This document shows positions 25,426 through 37,579 of a DNA stretch of 39,138 nt, piece by piece. Every line of letters starts with the position of its first letter. Position 1 is the stretch's first letter. This stretch comes from Octopus bimaculoides (taxonomy: Eukaryota): assembly GCF_001194135.2 (NCBI RefSeq), contig NC_068993.1, positions 60,971,468-61,010,605 on the forward strand, given 5' to 3'. The notes beneath the pieces were generated by a model, which made no database searches, was not told the origin of the DNA, and was given only the letters and a program-made list of their open reading frames with translations. The position numbers and the translations under genes are program-made.

Positions 25426-25719
25426 TAACGTATGTGTATATAGGTATATATACATAAATATATAGGTGTATATGCGTAAACACGTATGCGTGAATGTGTG
25501 TATATTATATGCTAGTCGCACAGGGGCAGCATATAGTTTTCTAACCCCGGATTCGCTCAGAGTAGAAACGTTCAGGCGAAAATGAATTAGCGATATTATA
25601 TGACCGTCCAATCAATGTTTGTGCATTGGATAACAACTGAAGTCCTAACGGGAATAACCTTTGGTATAAACAGTAATTTAATCAGGAAGTTTTGTCCTCA
25701 TCTTCAATCTCATTCCTGC

Positions 25720-25785
<66 letters not shown>

Positions 25786-26040
25786 TATATACATATTTAT
25801 ATATATATGATTTATATATCTGTGTATATATANNNNNNNNNNNNNNNNNNNNNNNNNNNNNNNNNNNNNNNNNNNNNNNNNNNNNNNNNNNNNNNNNNNN
25901 NNNNNNNNNNNNNNNNNNNNNNNNNNNNNNNNNNNNNNNNNNNNNNNNNNNNNNNNNNNNNNNNNNNNNNNNNNNNNNNNNNNNNNNNNNNNNNNNNNNN
26001 NNNNNNNNNNNNNNNNNNNNNNNNNNNNNNNNNNNNNNNN

Positions 26041-26104
<64 letters not shown>

Positions 26105-26432
26105 TGCGAGTGTCCTAGTTGTCTGGTTTCTATGTATGCGTCGTGTTTCCATCCTAAGACTACCTGATCGAATATTTGTTTATGTCTATCTGCACGTATA
26201 CATATTGTAGCAACAGATATAAAAAGAAAAAAAAGAAAAAGGAAAAGAAGTTTCAAGATAATCGTTACTCGCTGTTTCGTTTACTATTTTCCTCTCTTAT
26301 TTTCGTGATGAAGAGCAGTAAAGTGGAAACTGGGAGAAACGATGACGTAATATCTGTTACGTGAATTCTTTAGTCTACGTTTTATATCGAGTAACTGATA
26401 CACTTTTTCCAAATGTGCTCGTTTGCGCACAT

Positions 26433-26490
<58 letters not shown>

Positions 26491-26815
26491 GCATGGATCT
26501 CTTTCTAAATAACACACCAGTTTTTGAGAAATTCTTGATCCTCGTGATTATCTCCCCTGTTCTAGTGGATCTGATAATTACCATTTGATAATTATGACAC
26601 AACCTCTACAAGTGGAGATTATTTTAATTAACCAAGAAATTACCTTTATAGTATTTTACATACACGTGGATGTACTTACATACATACATACATACAAACT
26701 TATAAATGCAGTAATCTGTGTTTCCTATAAACTTATATAAAAATTATCAAACATTAATTGAAACGCTATCAATAAATTTCATTAAAGTTAAACAATTATT
26801 TTTACAAGGAAGATG

Positions 26816-26893
<78 letters not shown>

Positions 26894-27675
26894 TGTATGT
26901 ACGTATGTATGTATATATACATACATACATTTATATATTCATATTTATAATTATATAGAAACATTTCTTAGTTTGTCACATTATATTGGACATGTGCTGC
27001 CCCAACTGCAATAGACTGTTGTATTGCTGAATCACTGGGATGTGTTCTTAGGCCAAGAAAGCCATCTTGCGCGCAATTAATACGATATGACATAAAGCTG
27101 CCCAACTGACAGCAACACTCTTGCCCAACCGATTGACGATTAAAATGTTGCAACATATCCAATGGGTACAATAATATCGTATTCAACTAGCGAGAAATTA
27201 GATATTTTCGTATTTTCTCCTGTATTAAAGCTAGCTGAGCTGTGAGAACATTTTGGCTATTTCTCACATCGAGGCTTGTTCATTAATAACTGTTTGTAAG
27301 TTTTCTCTTTTCCTCTTTTTCTTCTATCATAATAATAGTGTTTTAATTAATTCTCTTGTCTCGCGAATATGAACGTGTTAAACATTACAGCCAAATGTTG
27401 GGGAATTTTATCATTTTTTAATGTCGTACTGCTGTTCATTATTTGGGGTTCCCTACCCCCAGCCCACCTTTTTGTGGCGTTTGGTCTATTTCTTCAACTG
27501 ACATGGCTTCCTACGATTGTTCAAATGTTACGACAGTCATTGGTTCGAACACTGATTCCGAGGGATCCTTTTCCTGGCTATACATCTCCAAATCATTTTC
27601 ATTCTTTTGCTGTTTCTCTGTTCTACTAAACTACATCTACAGTTCTATATTTAAGAGATGAGGAATTACGCCCGT

Positions 27676-27746
27676 GGGCATATGGCATAGTGCTTAAGAG
27701 TGCAGACTACTAACCTCAAGACTCCGAGTTCGATTCCAATCAGAGA

Positions 27747-27793
<47 letters not shown>

Positions 27794-27944
27794 TCGAAAA
27801 ATACCTTAGGAATGAGAACCCAGGTTCGAAATTTCCCCAAGACACCTGATGAAGGCTGGAGGGTATATCAGCCGAAACGTTGTGTTAACAACAAACAGGA
27901 CGAGGACAAATATCCGTCAAACGTAAATAATATAAATAATGTAA
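27676..27944 (+). mobile_element. tRNA-headed SINE-like element (family D) with an (AAT)n linker and a hammerhead-bearing 3' half
   Basis: A box TGGCATAGTGC (27683-93), B box GAGTTCGATTCC (27726-37), (AAT)n 27750-27790, HHR 27841-27886, and a TGTAAATAA-type repeat tail. Confidence 0.85.
27841..27886 (+). ncRNA. Minimal type-I hammerhead ribozyme with palindromic stem III
   Basis: Stem I GACAC/GTGTT, CTGATGA (27846-52), one extra A, stem II GGCTG/CAGCC with a 10-nt loop, GAAA (27874-77), palindrome AACGTT, cleavage triplet GTT. Confidence 0.85.
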
Positions 27945-29227
27945 ACTACGTCTTGTTAAAATCGTTTTGCTCTGGAATCGAATTCTTTGTTTTCTGCGAA
28001 AAGTGGTCATGTTTTACAGCGCCGAATTCTTTGCAATTTTACAAGAATTTAATGCCCCAATACATTCTTTTATTTCCGTCTCTTCTTTCTTATTTCTGTT
28101 TCTTTTTCGTTAAAAATTTCATTAAGAATTCACAGACAATGGCTCTTGCTTTGTATCTTTGCTTTGATCGGGTTTTGATGTTCCTGTAAAAGAATATGTG
28201 AGGTTGTTCCTGGTTTCCAAGTTACTACTGTAGCTGTTGCGAAGAGAATTTGATTTATCCTCATGCTACCGACTTTTCATGTCGCTTTCACGATTGCGCT
28301 ATTACTGCTGCTACTTCAACGTTCAATTTTCTCGTTTGGAGAGTCTTTCGTTGTCCATACAAACATCTTCTATTGATCTTAGTTCTTGCATTATTTCTGT
28401 CGTTAGGTTATTGTCATTCTTAAATATCCCATCTTCAGAATGGTCTATTCTTAAATCTTTTTGACATTTCTGCCTTAGTTATATTTTCGTTTGTCTTGTC
28501 CTGGATACGATTTTCTGATCAGAATTCTGTATTCGTTCATGAGTTTGGTTTTTCTCTATTTTGTACTGTTTTTATTTTGTGGATATTGCACCCCTGTTCG
28601 TGTTTTATGTTCTTATTTTTTTATTATTTTGTTTGTATTTTAAGTCGTTTTCTTGTTGCGATGTTGTACTATGCTATTTCTTTTTCGTATTCTATTTTCG
28701 TGCCTGATATCGCTTTGTTTTATTAGGATGTATCTTCCGTAAATCACATGTACGTTAAGATTTAAATTTACTTTTAGATTAGAGTTCTGAGTGTAAAGTG
28801 TTCCTGTAAAATGTGCATGTGGTATCGAAACGTATCTATTTATGTCTTTGCTGTTATGTTTCTAGCAGTTATTTCGGCCGTCATTTTGTTTGGAGCTTTA
28901 AGGATATTTTTGCATTAAGTTTCATACTACTAGTTTGATGTTCGGGGTTAATGATATATTTACGATATTTTTTCTCTACGCATTTATTTTTATTTTGCCC
29001 TTATTTAGCTGTTTTGTTTCCTCTTGATGTGCCAATAATCCTTTTCGTTGGAGCATTTCATCTTTTTTTCTTTTTAATGAGTAACCACGATGTTTTGATA
29101 AGGATTTAGTTTTGAATATTTCACATCCATTTCTTTACATTTGGAATTAATTTTGCGTCCGTAGATATCCTTTTCGCTCAGAGACCCTACCTACTACAAT
29201 CGTCTTTAAAAAGAGGCTGTGGATTGG

Positions 29228-29350
29228 CAGAATTAGTTGAATGATTTACGGCAGGTAGTTACGTCCTGAGTTCGAATGCCACTGATGCCATCTTTGCTAT
29301 TAATTCCTCAACGGTCGATAGAGTAGAAATATCAGTCACGTGCTGTAATC
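29228..29350 (+). mobile_element. Highly diverged SINE family A copy
   Basis: TGGCAGAATTAG...TTACGTCCTGAGTTCGAATGCC...GGTCGATA...TGTAATCGA match family A landmarks. Confidence 0.5.
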
Positions 29351-30287
29351 GTTGTAATCGAGTAAGAATTTCTTTAATTCATGTCACTGCGCTAATGCTC
29401 GAAATGTTTAGTCTTACTTTTCATGTGAAACACGTCGACAATTCTTGAACGAATGAAACATTCGCACAGCGCCACCTTAAAGAGGGAAAAGGCTAAATTG
29501 TTGTATAGGAAAGACAGGGAATGGAGTTTGATAATCTTAATGCTTTTCCTTATCGGAACAACAACTGAACAAATGGATTATTTTCCGTGAAGAATTTATG
29601 TCTGAACAGAATTTTCAGAGCAGGAACATCCATTTTGCTCTAGGAAGCCAGAAAAACGTAATACACGTAAGATCGGGGATTTTTTTTTTTTTTTTGGTGG
29701 GGAGTTATTTTCATTGTGTTTCTTTTTTTACATTTTCACATTTAACACGACAGTATTTAATAAATTCATCAAATTAATCGAAATCATTAACCAGTACTTA
29801 TTTTATCGACCATAGACAGTGAGATAGAAAACAATACCAAGGCATGATGGAGTTTTTAACCTTACGAGACAAAAGTAAATAATGGAAAATACTTCGTCTG
29901 ACGTTCTATCAATCCAGTTACAGAATGAAGAGTCTGCAATATCGAATCATTTAAAATCCGTTTTCTACATCATAACATACGTATTGTCAGGATATTTTTT
30001 ATATGTTTATTCCTGTATATTTCTTCAGATTATTTCTATTTTCTATGATTCATAGCGAAGCATTCTTTGTAGTTTTATTTATGTGTTTTTTGCAAGGGTG
30101 GTTTGTGTGTGCATTTTTTTCAATTTTCTTGGTTTCTTTTTGTAGTTTTTCTCTCAAAAGACTTAAAAGATTTGATAGACTGTGATCTTACTTCCATAGC
30201 TTGAGGTACACATCGTTGCAAGTTGCCCTTAATAAATAAATATATTTGTGATTATAAATGCACACACATATATGTGTGTGTATATAT

Positions 30288-30350
<63 letters not shown>

Positions 30351-31065
30351 NNNNNNNNNNNNNNNNNNNNNNNNNNNNNNNNNNNNNNNNNNNNNNNNNN
30401 NNNNNNNNNNNNNNNNNNNNNNNNNNNNNNNNNNNNNNNNNNNNNNNNNNNNNNNNNNNNNNNNNNNNNNNNNNNNNNNNNNNNNNNNNNNNNNNNNNNN
30501 NNNNNNNNNNNNNNNNNNNNNNNNNNNNNNNNNNNNNNNNNNNNNNNNNNNNNNNNNNNNNNNNNNNNNNNNNNNNNNNNNNNNNNNNNNNNNNNNNNNN
30601 NNNNNNNNNNNNNNNNNNNNNNNNNNNNNNNNNNNNNNNNNNNNNNNNNNNNNNNNNNNNNNNNNNNNNNNNNNNNNNNNNNNNNNNNNNNNNNNNNNNN
30701 NNNNNNNNNNNNNNNNNNNNNNNNNNNNNNNNNNNNNNNNNNNNNNNNNNNNNNNNNNNNNNNNNNNNNNNNNNNNNNNNNNNNNNNNNNNNNNNNNNNN
30801 NNNNNNNNNNNNNNNNNNNNNNNNNNNNNNNNNNNNNNNNNNNNNNNNNNNNNNNNNNNNNNNNNNNNNNNNNNNNNNNNNNNNNNNNNNNNNNNNNNNN
30901 NNNNNNNNNNNNNNNNNNNNNNNNNNNNNNNNNNNNNNNNNNNNNNNNNNNNNNNNNNNNNNNNNNNNNNNNNNNNNNNNNNNNNNNNNNNNNNNNNNNN
31001 NNNNNNNNNNNNNNNNNNNNNNNNNNNNNNNNNNNNNNNNNNNNNNNNNNNNNNNNNNNNNNNNN

Positions 31066-31126
<61 letters not shown>

Positions 31127-31329
31127 GGGGAATTTGAAATCAATAGGAAAATCCATATATTGTTCTATATTGTTGATACAGGGATATTACAATGTAGCTG
31201 GATATTTGTGTAGATATCCGGATATACCTGGATGGATGGATATGCATGCAAGAAGTAAATCATATTCATTCGGATCGAGTCATGGATACATAAAGCTCCC
31301 TATTTAAATATGTTAAAACCTGACACTTG

Positions 31330-31399
31330 AATGTATGCATACATACATACACACATGCATACACACATACATACATGCACACATACATACATACATAAA

Positions 31400-31431
<32 letters not shown>

Positions 31432-31439
31432 CATATATG

Positions 31440-31472
<33 letters not shown>

Positions 31473-31571
31473 TATGTATGTATGTGTGTGTGTGTGCTTG
31501 TGTGTGTGTTTGTGTGTGCGTGTGCAGTTGTGTCTTACCCTTTGTCTGAAAGAACGGCAAATGCAATTTAT

Positions 31572-31607
<36 letters not shown>

Positions 31608-31967
31608 ATCTTTCTCTCTCTCACTTTCTCTATGCATGTGTGCATGTGTGTGTGTGTATCCTTGTTTCCATGTGTGTGTATACGTTGCCTAGATTTCCTT
31701 TTCTTCCCTCTCTAAATATGTGTATATAATCTCATCGTACGTATATTTTATGAACTTTGTTATATACAACCTCACCCCACCTCTCTCGCTCCTCTCTCTC
31801 TCTATCTCTCTCTCTCTCTCTTTCTCTCTCTATCTCTCACTCTGTCACTTTCTGTGTTTCCTCTTCTCTATCTCTTTCCCATTTTCTCTTGTTCTTTCTT
31901 TTTATCTATGACACTCTCCCTTCTCTCTCCCGGTATATATGTTCATACATACATACATATATATATG

Positions 31968-32009
<42 letters not shown>

Positions 32010-32036
32010 CCCACTCTCTCTGCCTCATTACCCCCA

Positions 32037-32078
<42 letters not shown>

Positions 32079-32080
32079 CT
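31330..32080. repeat. Compound (CATA)n/(TG)n/(CT)n/(TA)n microsatellite region
   Basis: Direct reading. Confidence 0.9.
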
Positions 32081-32828
32081 CCGTCTTCGCTCTTAGCAAT
32101 GCATAGTTCTTGAATTCCATGAATCCAAAAGATATGCCATGAAGATCTCCATATATCCCTTCACTGATATTTGTCAATTGATTCTCATGCTGTATGTACA
32201 CCATTGTTAAACCGATTCAGATTCTACATCACAGCCCCACCAACACTGCCGCCGCCACCACCACTTCCACCACTTCCACCACCGCAACCAGAAATGGTCA
32301 ATACAACATAATAGGTCTCTATTCCATGGAGTATTCTTGGAGAACGGTCGTCATATTAAGCTATACAACATCACTTTACTGTTGCATGCACAATTAAAAG
32401 AGAAAAGCGTAGACCGGAGATGTGTTGTTACCTTGGAACATCGCCTCAGATGTCGAGATCGATATCATTACATTGGGTCGCTTCTCTTCCTCGGAGATCC
32501 ACATTAATAATATCCTATTGGATATATTTTAATATCTAACCGGTCTATGTTATGCGATCATATCACATTCTCACAGATCCCCGCTAACGTTGCTATATTT
32601 GAATCATGACGCCCCCACCTCACGGCTTGACTTTACTGTCACTCTAACCTGGATCACCTTGCTTCCGTATTAATCCACCGACGTTAATTTGGATTGAATT
32701 TCCGCCTCTTAGATCCATGTTAATCTATGATATTATTCTGCGGCAATCCGCTTATGTAGCCCTTGAAAGAAACCCTATCTCATCTCGGGAAGAAAATCGA
32801 CAATAATTATAATCAATCTTTTTTTTAT

Positions 32829-32986
32829 CTTTTACTTGTTTCAGTCATTTGACAGCGGCCATGCTAGAGCACCGCCTTGAAGGGTTTCAGTTGAACAAAT
32901 CGACCATAGCACGTATTTTTTGAAACCTAACACACTTATTCTATCGCTACTCTTTTTGCCGAACCGCTAGTTATGGAGACGTAAAC
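32829..32986 (-). mobile_element. SINE family C, 3' half
   Basis: TTACTTGTTTCAGTCATTTGACAGCGGCCATGCTAGAGCACCGCC...GAACCGCTAGTTATGGAGACGTAAAC is homologous to 19735-19880. Confidence 0.88.
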
Positions 32987-32994
32987 ATATATAT

Positions 32995-33200
32995 TTGACA
33001 GGAAAGACAACAAAAGAAAGAAAGAGACCTCGATATTATGCAAATAGAGGAATTTATCTGTAAAAATATGTGACACTTATTCAGTAGCCATGATAAAACT
33101 CTGAGTTTCGGATGCCAGGGTGGGAGCCCATGCCAACATCTCTTCAATTATCCGGCCAATTGAAAATTCCTGTGAAAAATGACCGTTAAAAACAAAGGGA
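32995..33200 (-). mobile_element. Non-autonomous insert carrying a hammerhead-like motif (Penelope-type terminal repeat by inference)
   Basis: Unique segment between the SINE C 3' half and a head fragment; contains the motif at 33092-33152. Confidence 0.55.
33092..33152 (-). ncRNA. Type-I hammerhead-like motif, core variant TTGAAGA (C3U)
   Basis: Minus strand: GATAA TTGAAGA GATGTTGG-loop-CTGGCATC C GAAA CTC-A-GAG TT TTATC. Stems I, II (with G.U pairs) and III are all predicted; triplet GTT. Confidence 0.7.
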
Positions 33201-33256
33201 AATTACTGTGTAGTGACAAAGTCAAAACGTGTCTAATACTTCGTATATTATCGCAT

Positions 33257-33327
33257 GCACGCATATATCCATATACGCACGCACATATCTCTACATATGC
33301 ACGCATATATCTACATACGCACGCATT
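33257..33327. repeat. Short tandem repeat, 20-22 bp unit GCACGCATATATCTACATAC (about 3.5 copies)
   Basis: Units start at 33257, 33277, 33299 and 33319. Confidence 0.85.
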
Positions 33328-33385
33328 TTAGACTACATAGTAATTTTGACGACAAACCAAATGTGCTCTGAGTGACGCATGCGCA

Positions 33386-33422
33386 GAAGCAAGCTTCTTA
33401 CCACACAGCCACCCCTGCGCAT
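33386..33422 (-). mobile_element. SINE family C head fragment
   Basis: Minus strand ATGCGCAGGGGTGGCTGTGTGGTAAGAAGCTTGCTTC matches the family-C 5' end. Confidence 0.75.
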
Positions 33423-33737
33423 CATTTATATAATTTGCTTCATTATTAAAACCAACTGATGACATTTTAAATTCAGTGTCGTGTACGAGTTTATATTACT
33501 GATATATCTTTCATCTTTTCTATTACTTGCTTCAGTCATTAGACTACGGCCATGCTGGGGCACTGCCTTGAAGAATTTTAGTCGAACAAATTGACGCCAG
33601 TTCTTTTTTTAAGCCGGGTTCTATTGTCGAACTCCTAAGTTATGGAGTCGTAACCATACCAACACCGGTTGCCAAGTGGTGGTGAAGGACAAACGCAGTC
33701 CCGCACGCGCACGCACACACACGCACGCGCGCACACA

Positions 33738-33820
<83 letters not shown>

Positions 33821-33821
<1 letters not shown>

Positions 33822-34015
33822 ATGATTGACCGCTAACCACTAAAACTTTCTTTATTCTTTCTCTGTTTATTTTTGTGTTCCTTTCTGTTGAAGAACGTAG
33901 GCTCGAAACGTAAAATACTTTCCCACCTCCCGAGCGTTAAACTAATACACCTGTTTGTTGTTTACACACCTGTCTTTGTCTTTTGCTTTTTGTTTTTTGT
34001 TTTTTTTTTATAGAT
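33821..34015 (+). mobile_element. Non-autonomous insert with degenerate hammerhead-like motif (Penelope-type by inference)
   Basis: Unique segment within the SINE C internal microsatellite, ending in a T-rich tract. Contains CTGTTGA-A-GAAC-GTAG-GCTC-GAAACGTA. Confidence 0.55.
33881..33916 (+). ncRNA. Degenerate hammerhead-like motif (A6U)
   Basis: CTTT CTGTTGA A GAAC GTAG GCTC GAAA CGTA AAAT has the same spacing as 27841-27886, but the core and stem II are mutated and stem I is only ~3 bp. Confidence 0.5.
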
Positions 34016-35524
34016 TCCAACTATATATATGTATATATGTATATATATATATACAGCGTGTTTCTTTCAATTTCCGTCTACCAAATCCACTCACAACGCT
34101 TTGGTCGGTCCGAGGCTATAGTAGAAGACCTCTGCCCAAGGTGCCACGCAGTGGGACTGAACCTGAGACCAAGTGGTTGGGAAGAAAGCTCCTTACCCCA
34201 CAGCCAAGCCTTAGAATCCACAGCTGAATGGTATCGCGATTGTTCTGCATTGATTGAGACTTTATCTTTAAATTCAGCCATTTACAATTTTCTCCGATAT
34301 GAAAATAAAAACGTACCTCATCCTATAAAGATTTATTAAAGTGTTACCAATATGGTCTTATTGTAGCAGAATAATATTGTAGATAATGACTCCAATTTCA
34401 TTCTATAGATAAAGCTGTTTAAAGAATTTACTAAACATTATATTGCTTCAATACATTTTTGGTAATTTTAATCTTTGCCAATTGTAAGTGATTCCTTCAA
34501 GTTAATTATTGAAACAAAAGATATTTAAATTTTTCGGTAACATTAGGAAAATTTAAGAAGAGAATTAAACCACATTGCTGATGATATTAAATGTTATGAA
34601 GTCTTCGGTGCGTGATAGTGAATAAGACTACAAATAGATTTGTGACTGGGTAGATGGACGAACGGACGTGTGGACGGACGGATGCGTGGACTGGTGTATT
34701 GCGGGATGGATAGATGGGGTGGGGGTTATATGAATGGGTGAATGAACAGATGAATAAATGGATGGAGAGACGGATAATTTAACAGGTAGACTCTTGATGA
34801 AGAGAGAGCTAAATGGGTGGTTAACTTTGTTGTTTGGTGTGTCTTGTAAATAGATTAACCGACTTCATGAATAACTTGGCTGCTTTCTGAATTCGACACA
34901 ATCCATCACAATCACCAGCACCACAATATAACCGCAAAATAAAGAGAGTTGTCGTAGAGCATCCGTTGGATAATTAACCCTAAATCGAAATGAGTGTTAA
35001 TTGAAAGAAAAAACAAAAGAATGAAGGAAATCACAGAAAAAAAAACAAAGAAAATGAAAATAGAAACTTAAAACATTGAAAAAGAATCACCATAAAAATT
35101 TAAAATTTAAAGGAAGTAAAAATAAAGCAGGGCATGCAAAAACAAGTAAAAAAGGAACCAAAAATATTAATAAACCAAAATAAATTGGAAAATAAAAAAA
35201 AAAAATCTGTGTGAAGACGATAGTTTTCACACAATTTCTCCGAGTTCTTCTCACACGAGTCAATTAAATACAAAATCAACATAAATATTAAACTATTTAA
35301 ACTTTTCAACTATTGTAATAACAAAATAAAATTGGTTCTATGTTTAGTATTTTTATTAGTATTTTTATTAGAGGCAAGGTTAATATTTATTTTGTTGTTG
35401 GTGCTGTTGTTGTTGTTTATTGTTGTTTTGTATTGAATGTCTTCGTTTTGAGTCGTTTATTGGTTCGAATTTTTCTTTGTTTGGAATATAATTTCTTTAC
35501 TTTTCATTTGCTTTATAAATATGG

Positions 35525-35563
35525 GAATATGAGAATATGAGAATATGAGAATATGAGAATATG
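35525..35563. repeat. (GAATATGA)~5 octamer repeat
   Basis: Direct reading. Confidence 0.95.
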
Positions 35564-35628
35564 TTCGTTTGTTTGTGTTATTGTTGTGTGTGTTTATATT
35601 TGAGGAATGGCGTTGTTTGGTTTCGTTC

Positions 35629-35684
<56 letters not shown>

Positions 35685-35694
35685 NNNNNNNNNN

Positions 35695-35750
<56 letters not shown>

Positions 35751-35809
35751 ATCTTTGTTTTTGATACCGTTACCGTTTTGGTCATCACCGTCGTTCGATT
35801 TGTTGCCAT

Positions 35810-35817
35810 CGTCGTCG

Positions 35818-35849
<32 letters not shown>

Positions 35850-35931
35850 GTTATCATCATCGTTATCAATTCCATGAAAATTGTCTTCGTCATCATAAAT
35901 CTAATCAAGGTTCATTACCATCATAATCACC

Positions 35932-35977
<46 letters not shown>

Positions 35978-36281
35978 CCACCATCATCATCGTCGTCTTT
36001 ATTCCTATTTTTATATTTCGTTTTCTTTTCTATTTCTCAATTTTCTTTAATATTTCGGCTTGAAATTCGTTTTGATTTTGTTTTTATTGGCTTCAAAAAT
36101 TTCTCCCCCTCCCTCCTCCTCTTCCTCCTGCTTTTTCTTCTCTTCCTCTTCATTTTATTTTCTTTTATTTCCTTCCTCTATCACTTCTGTATCATTACCA
36201 CCCTTGCTGTCATCATCACCATCATCATCATTTCATCTACCTCATTTTCCTCATCCTCATCCTCATCATGATCGTCTGCGC

Positions 36282-36323
<42 letters not shown>

Positions 36324-36395
36324 TATTATTATTATTATTATCATCATCATCATCATCATCATCCGCATCATCATCACAACCACAACTACTTCTTC

Positions 36396-36446
<51 letters not shown>
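35810..36446. repeat. (CAT)n/(CAC)n, CT-rich, (TAT)n and (TAG)n low-complexity region
   Basis: Direct reading. It explains the poly-H/S/I/T ORFs. Confidence 0.92.
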
Positions 36447-36447
<1 letters not shown>

Positions 36448-36655
36448 TTCACCAGCGCCCATGTTGCTACGCGCATTGTTGACTCAGTGTAAGCAGCTGC
36501 GGAAATTTCATGTTTGTCTTTTAAATATTCGTATTTCTAAATATTTTCTTCTGTGCCCACCGCTTGCAACAATGTCCGTGCGTTCCTGTCTCTGTCTACC
36601 ACTACATACACACATACAAACATACATACCTACATACACACACATACATGCATAT

Positions 36656-36688
<33 letters not shown>

Positions 36689-37211
36689 CATATATATACA
36701 CACACACTCGCGCAAACATACACACACACACACACACATATACATATATATGTACGCATGTGTTTATGCAAGCCACTGCATCAGCAGGAGTTTGTGTATA
36801 CATGCAGGGACGTGTGTATAAGAGAGAAAGAGAGAGAGAGAGAGAAAGAAAGAAGGAAAGAAAAAAGAAAGAAAACGAGAGAGGGGTGTGTGATTGTGGT
36901 CATTGACTGTGTTGTAAGATAACAGTCCTTGTTAAAATAACATTTCACACCGAATGTATAAAAGAAATGTTCCTAATCAAATGTATACAGGTGTGTACGC
37001 ATGCATGTGTGTGCGTGTGTGTGTATCAAATAGTGTATATACGTGTGTGAGTGGCATATTTGTGTTGGGGTGTTGTTCATGTGCGTATGCAGGCATGCAT
37101 GTATACATATATATGTGTGTATTTGTGTGTGAGTGCGTGTGTGTGTATGTGTACGAATGTATGTGATTACGCATATATATAAGAATGGATGTATATGTGA
37201 ATATGCCTGTA

Positions 37212-37311
<100 letters not shown>

Positions 37312-37539
37312 CATACACATATATGTATATATATGGATATATATATGCATGTATGTATATCCATATGTATGTATTATATTATATATATATATATATTATA
37401 TAATAATATAAATAATATATAAATATATGGATATATCTATACATATATGTACATAATATTTATGAATGGATATATGCATATATCTATATATTATTTATAT
37501 TATTATATGATCGAACGCCACGCTTCCTTTTCCCAGTAA

Positions 37540-37579
<40 letters not shown>

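Larger units (their letters stand above)
26960..28900 (-). pseudogene. Heavily decayed R4/Dong-type LINE ORF, split by the insert at 27676-27944
   Basis: Minus strand RINQILFATATVVT (EINxLIYAAATV-like) and LQRIRR...ENKEFDSRAKRF (RIRRY..F..N..FY-like). Beyond the insert lies KQLLMNK (KDQLLINK-like). Many stops; boundaries are approximate. Confidence 0.55.
33517..34211 (-). mobile_element. SINE family C, full length but interrupted (3' half 33517-33694, 5' half 34053-34211)
   Basis: Both halves match 19723-20130. The internal microsatellite is expanded and contains the insert 33821-34015. Confidence 0.88.

Noticed and set aside
26305-26345. GTGATGA-A-GAGC...GAAAC hammerhead-like string
   Set aside because: The core is mutated and no consistent stem I or II pairing exists.
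14400-27750. tRNA genes at 14400-14480, 20060-20130 and 27676-27746
   Set aside because: A and B boxes are present, but the cloverleaves are incomplete and each runs into a repeated SINE body. These are SINE heads.
32430-32512. Possible 83-nt minus-strand exon (ILLMWISEEEKRPNVMISISTSEAMFQ)
   Set aside because: Good donor but weak acceptor, no homology recognised, and equally plausible peptides appear on the other strand.
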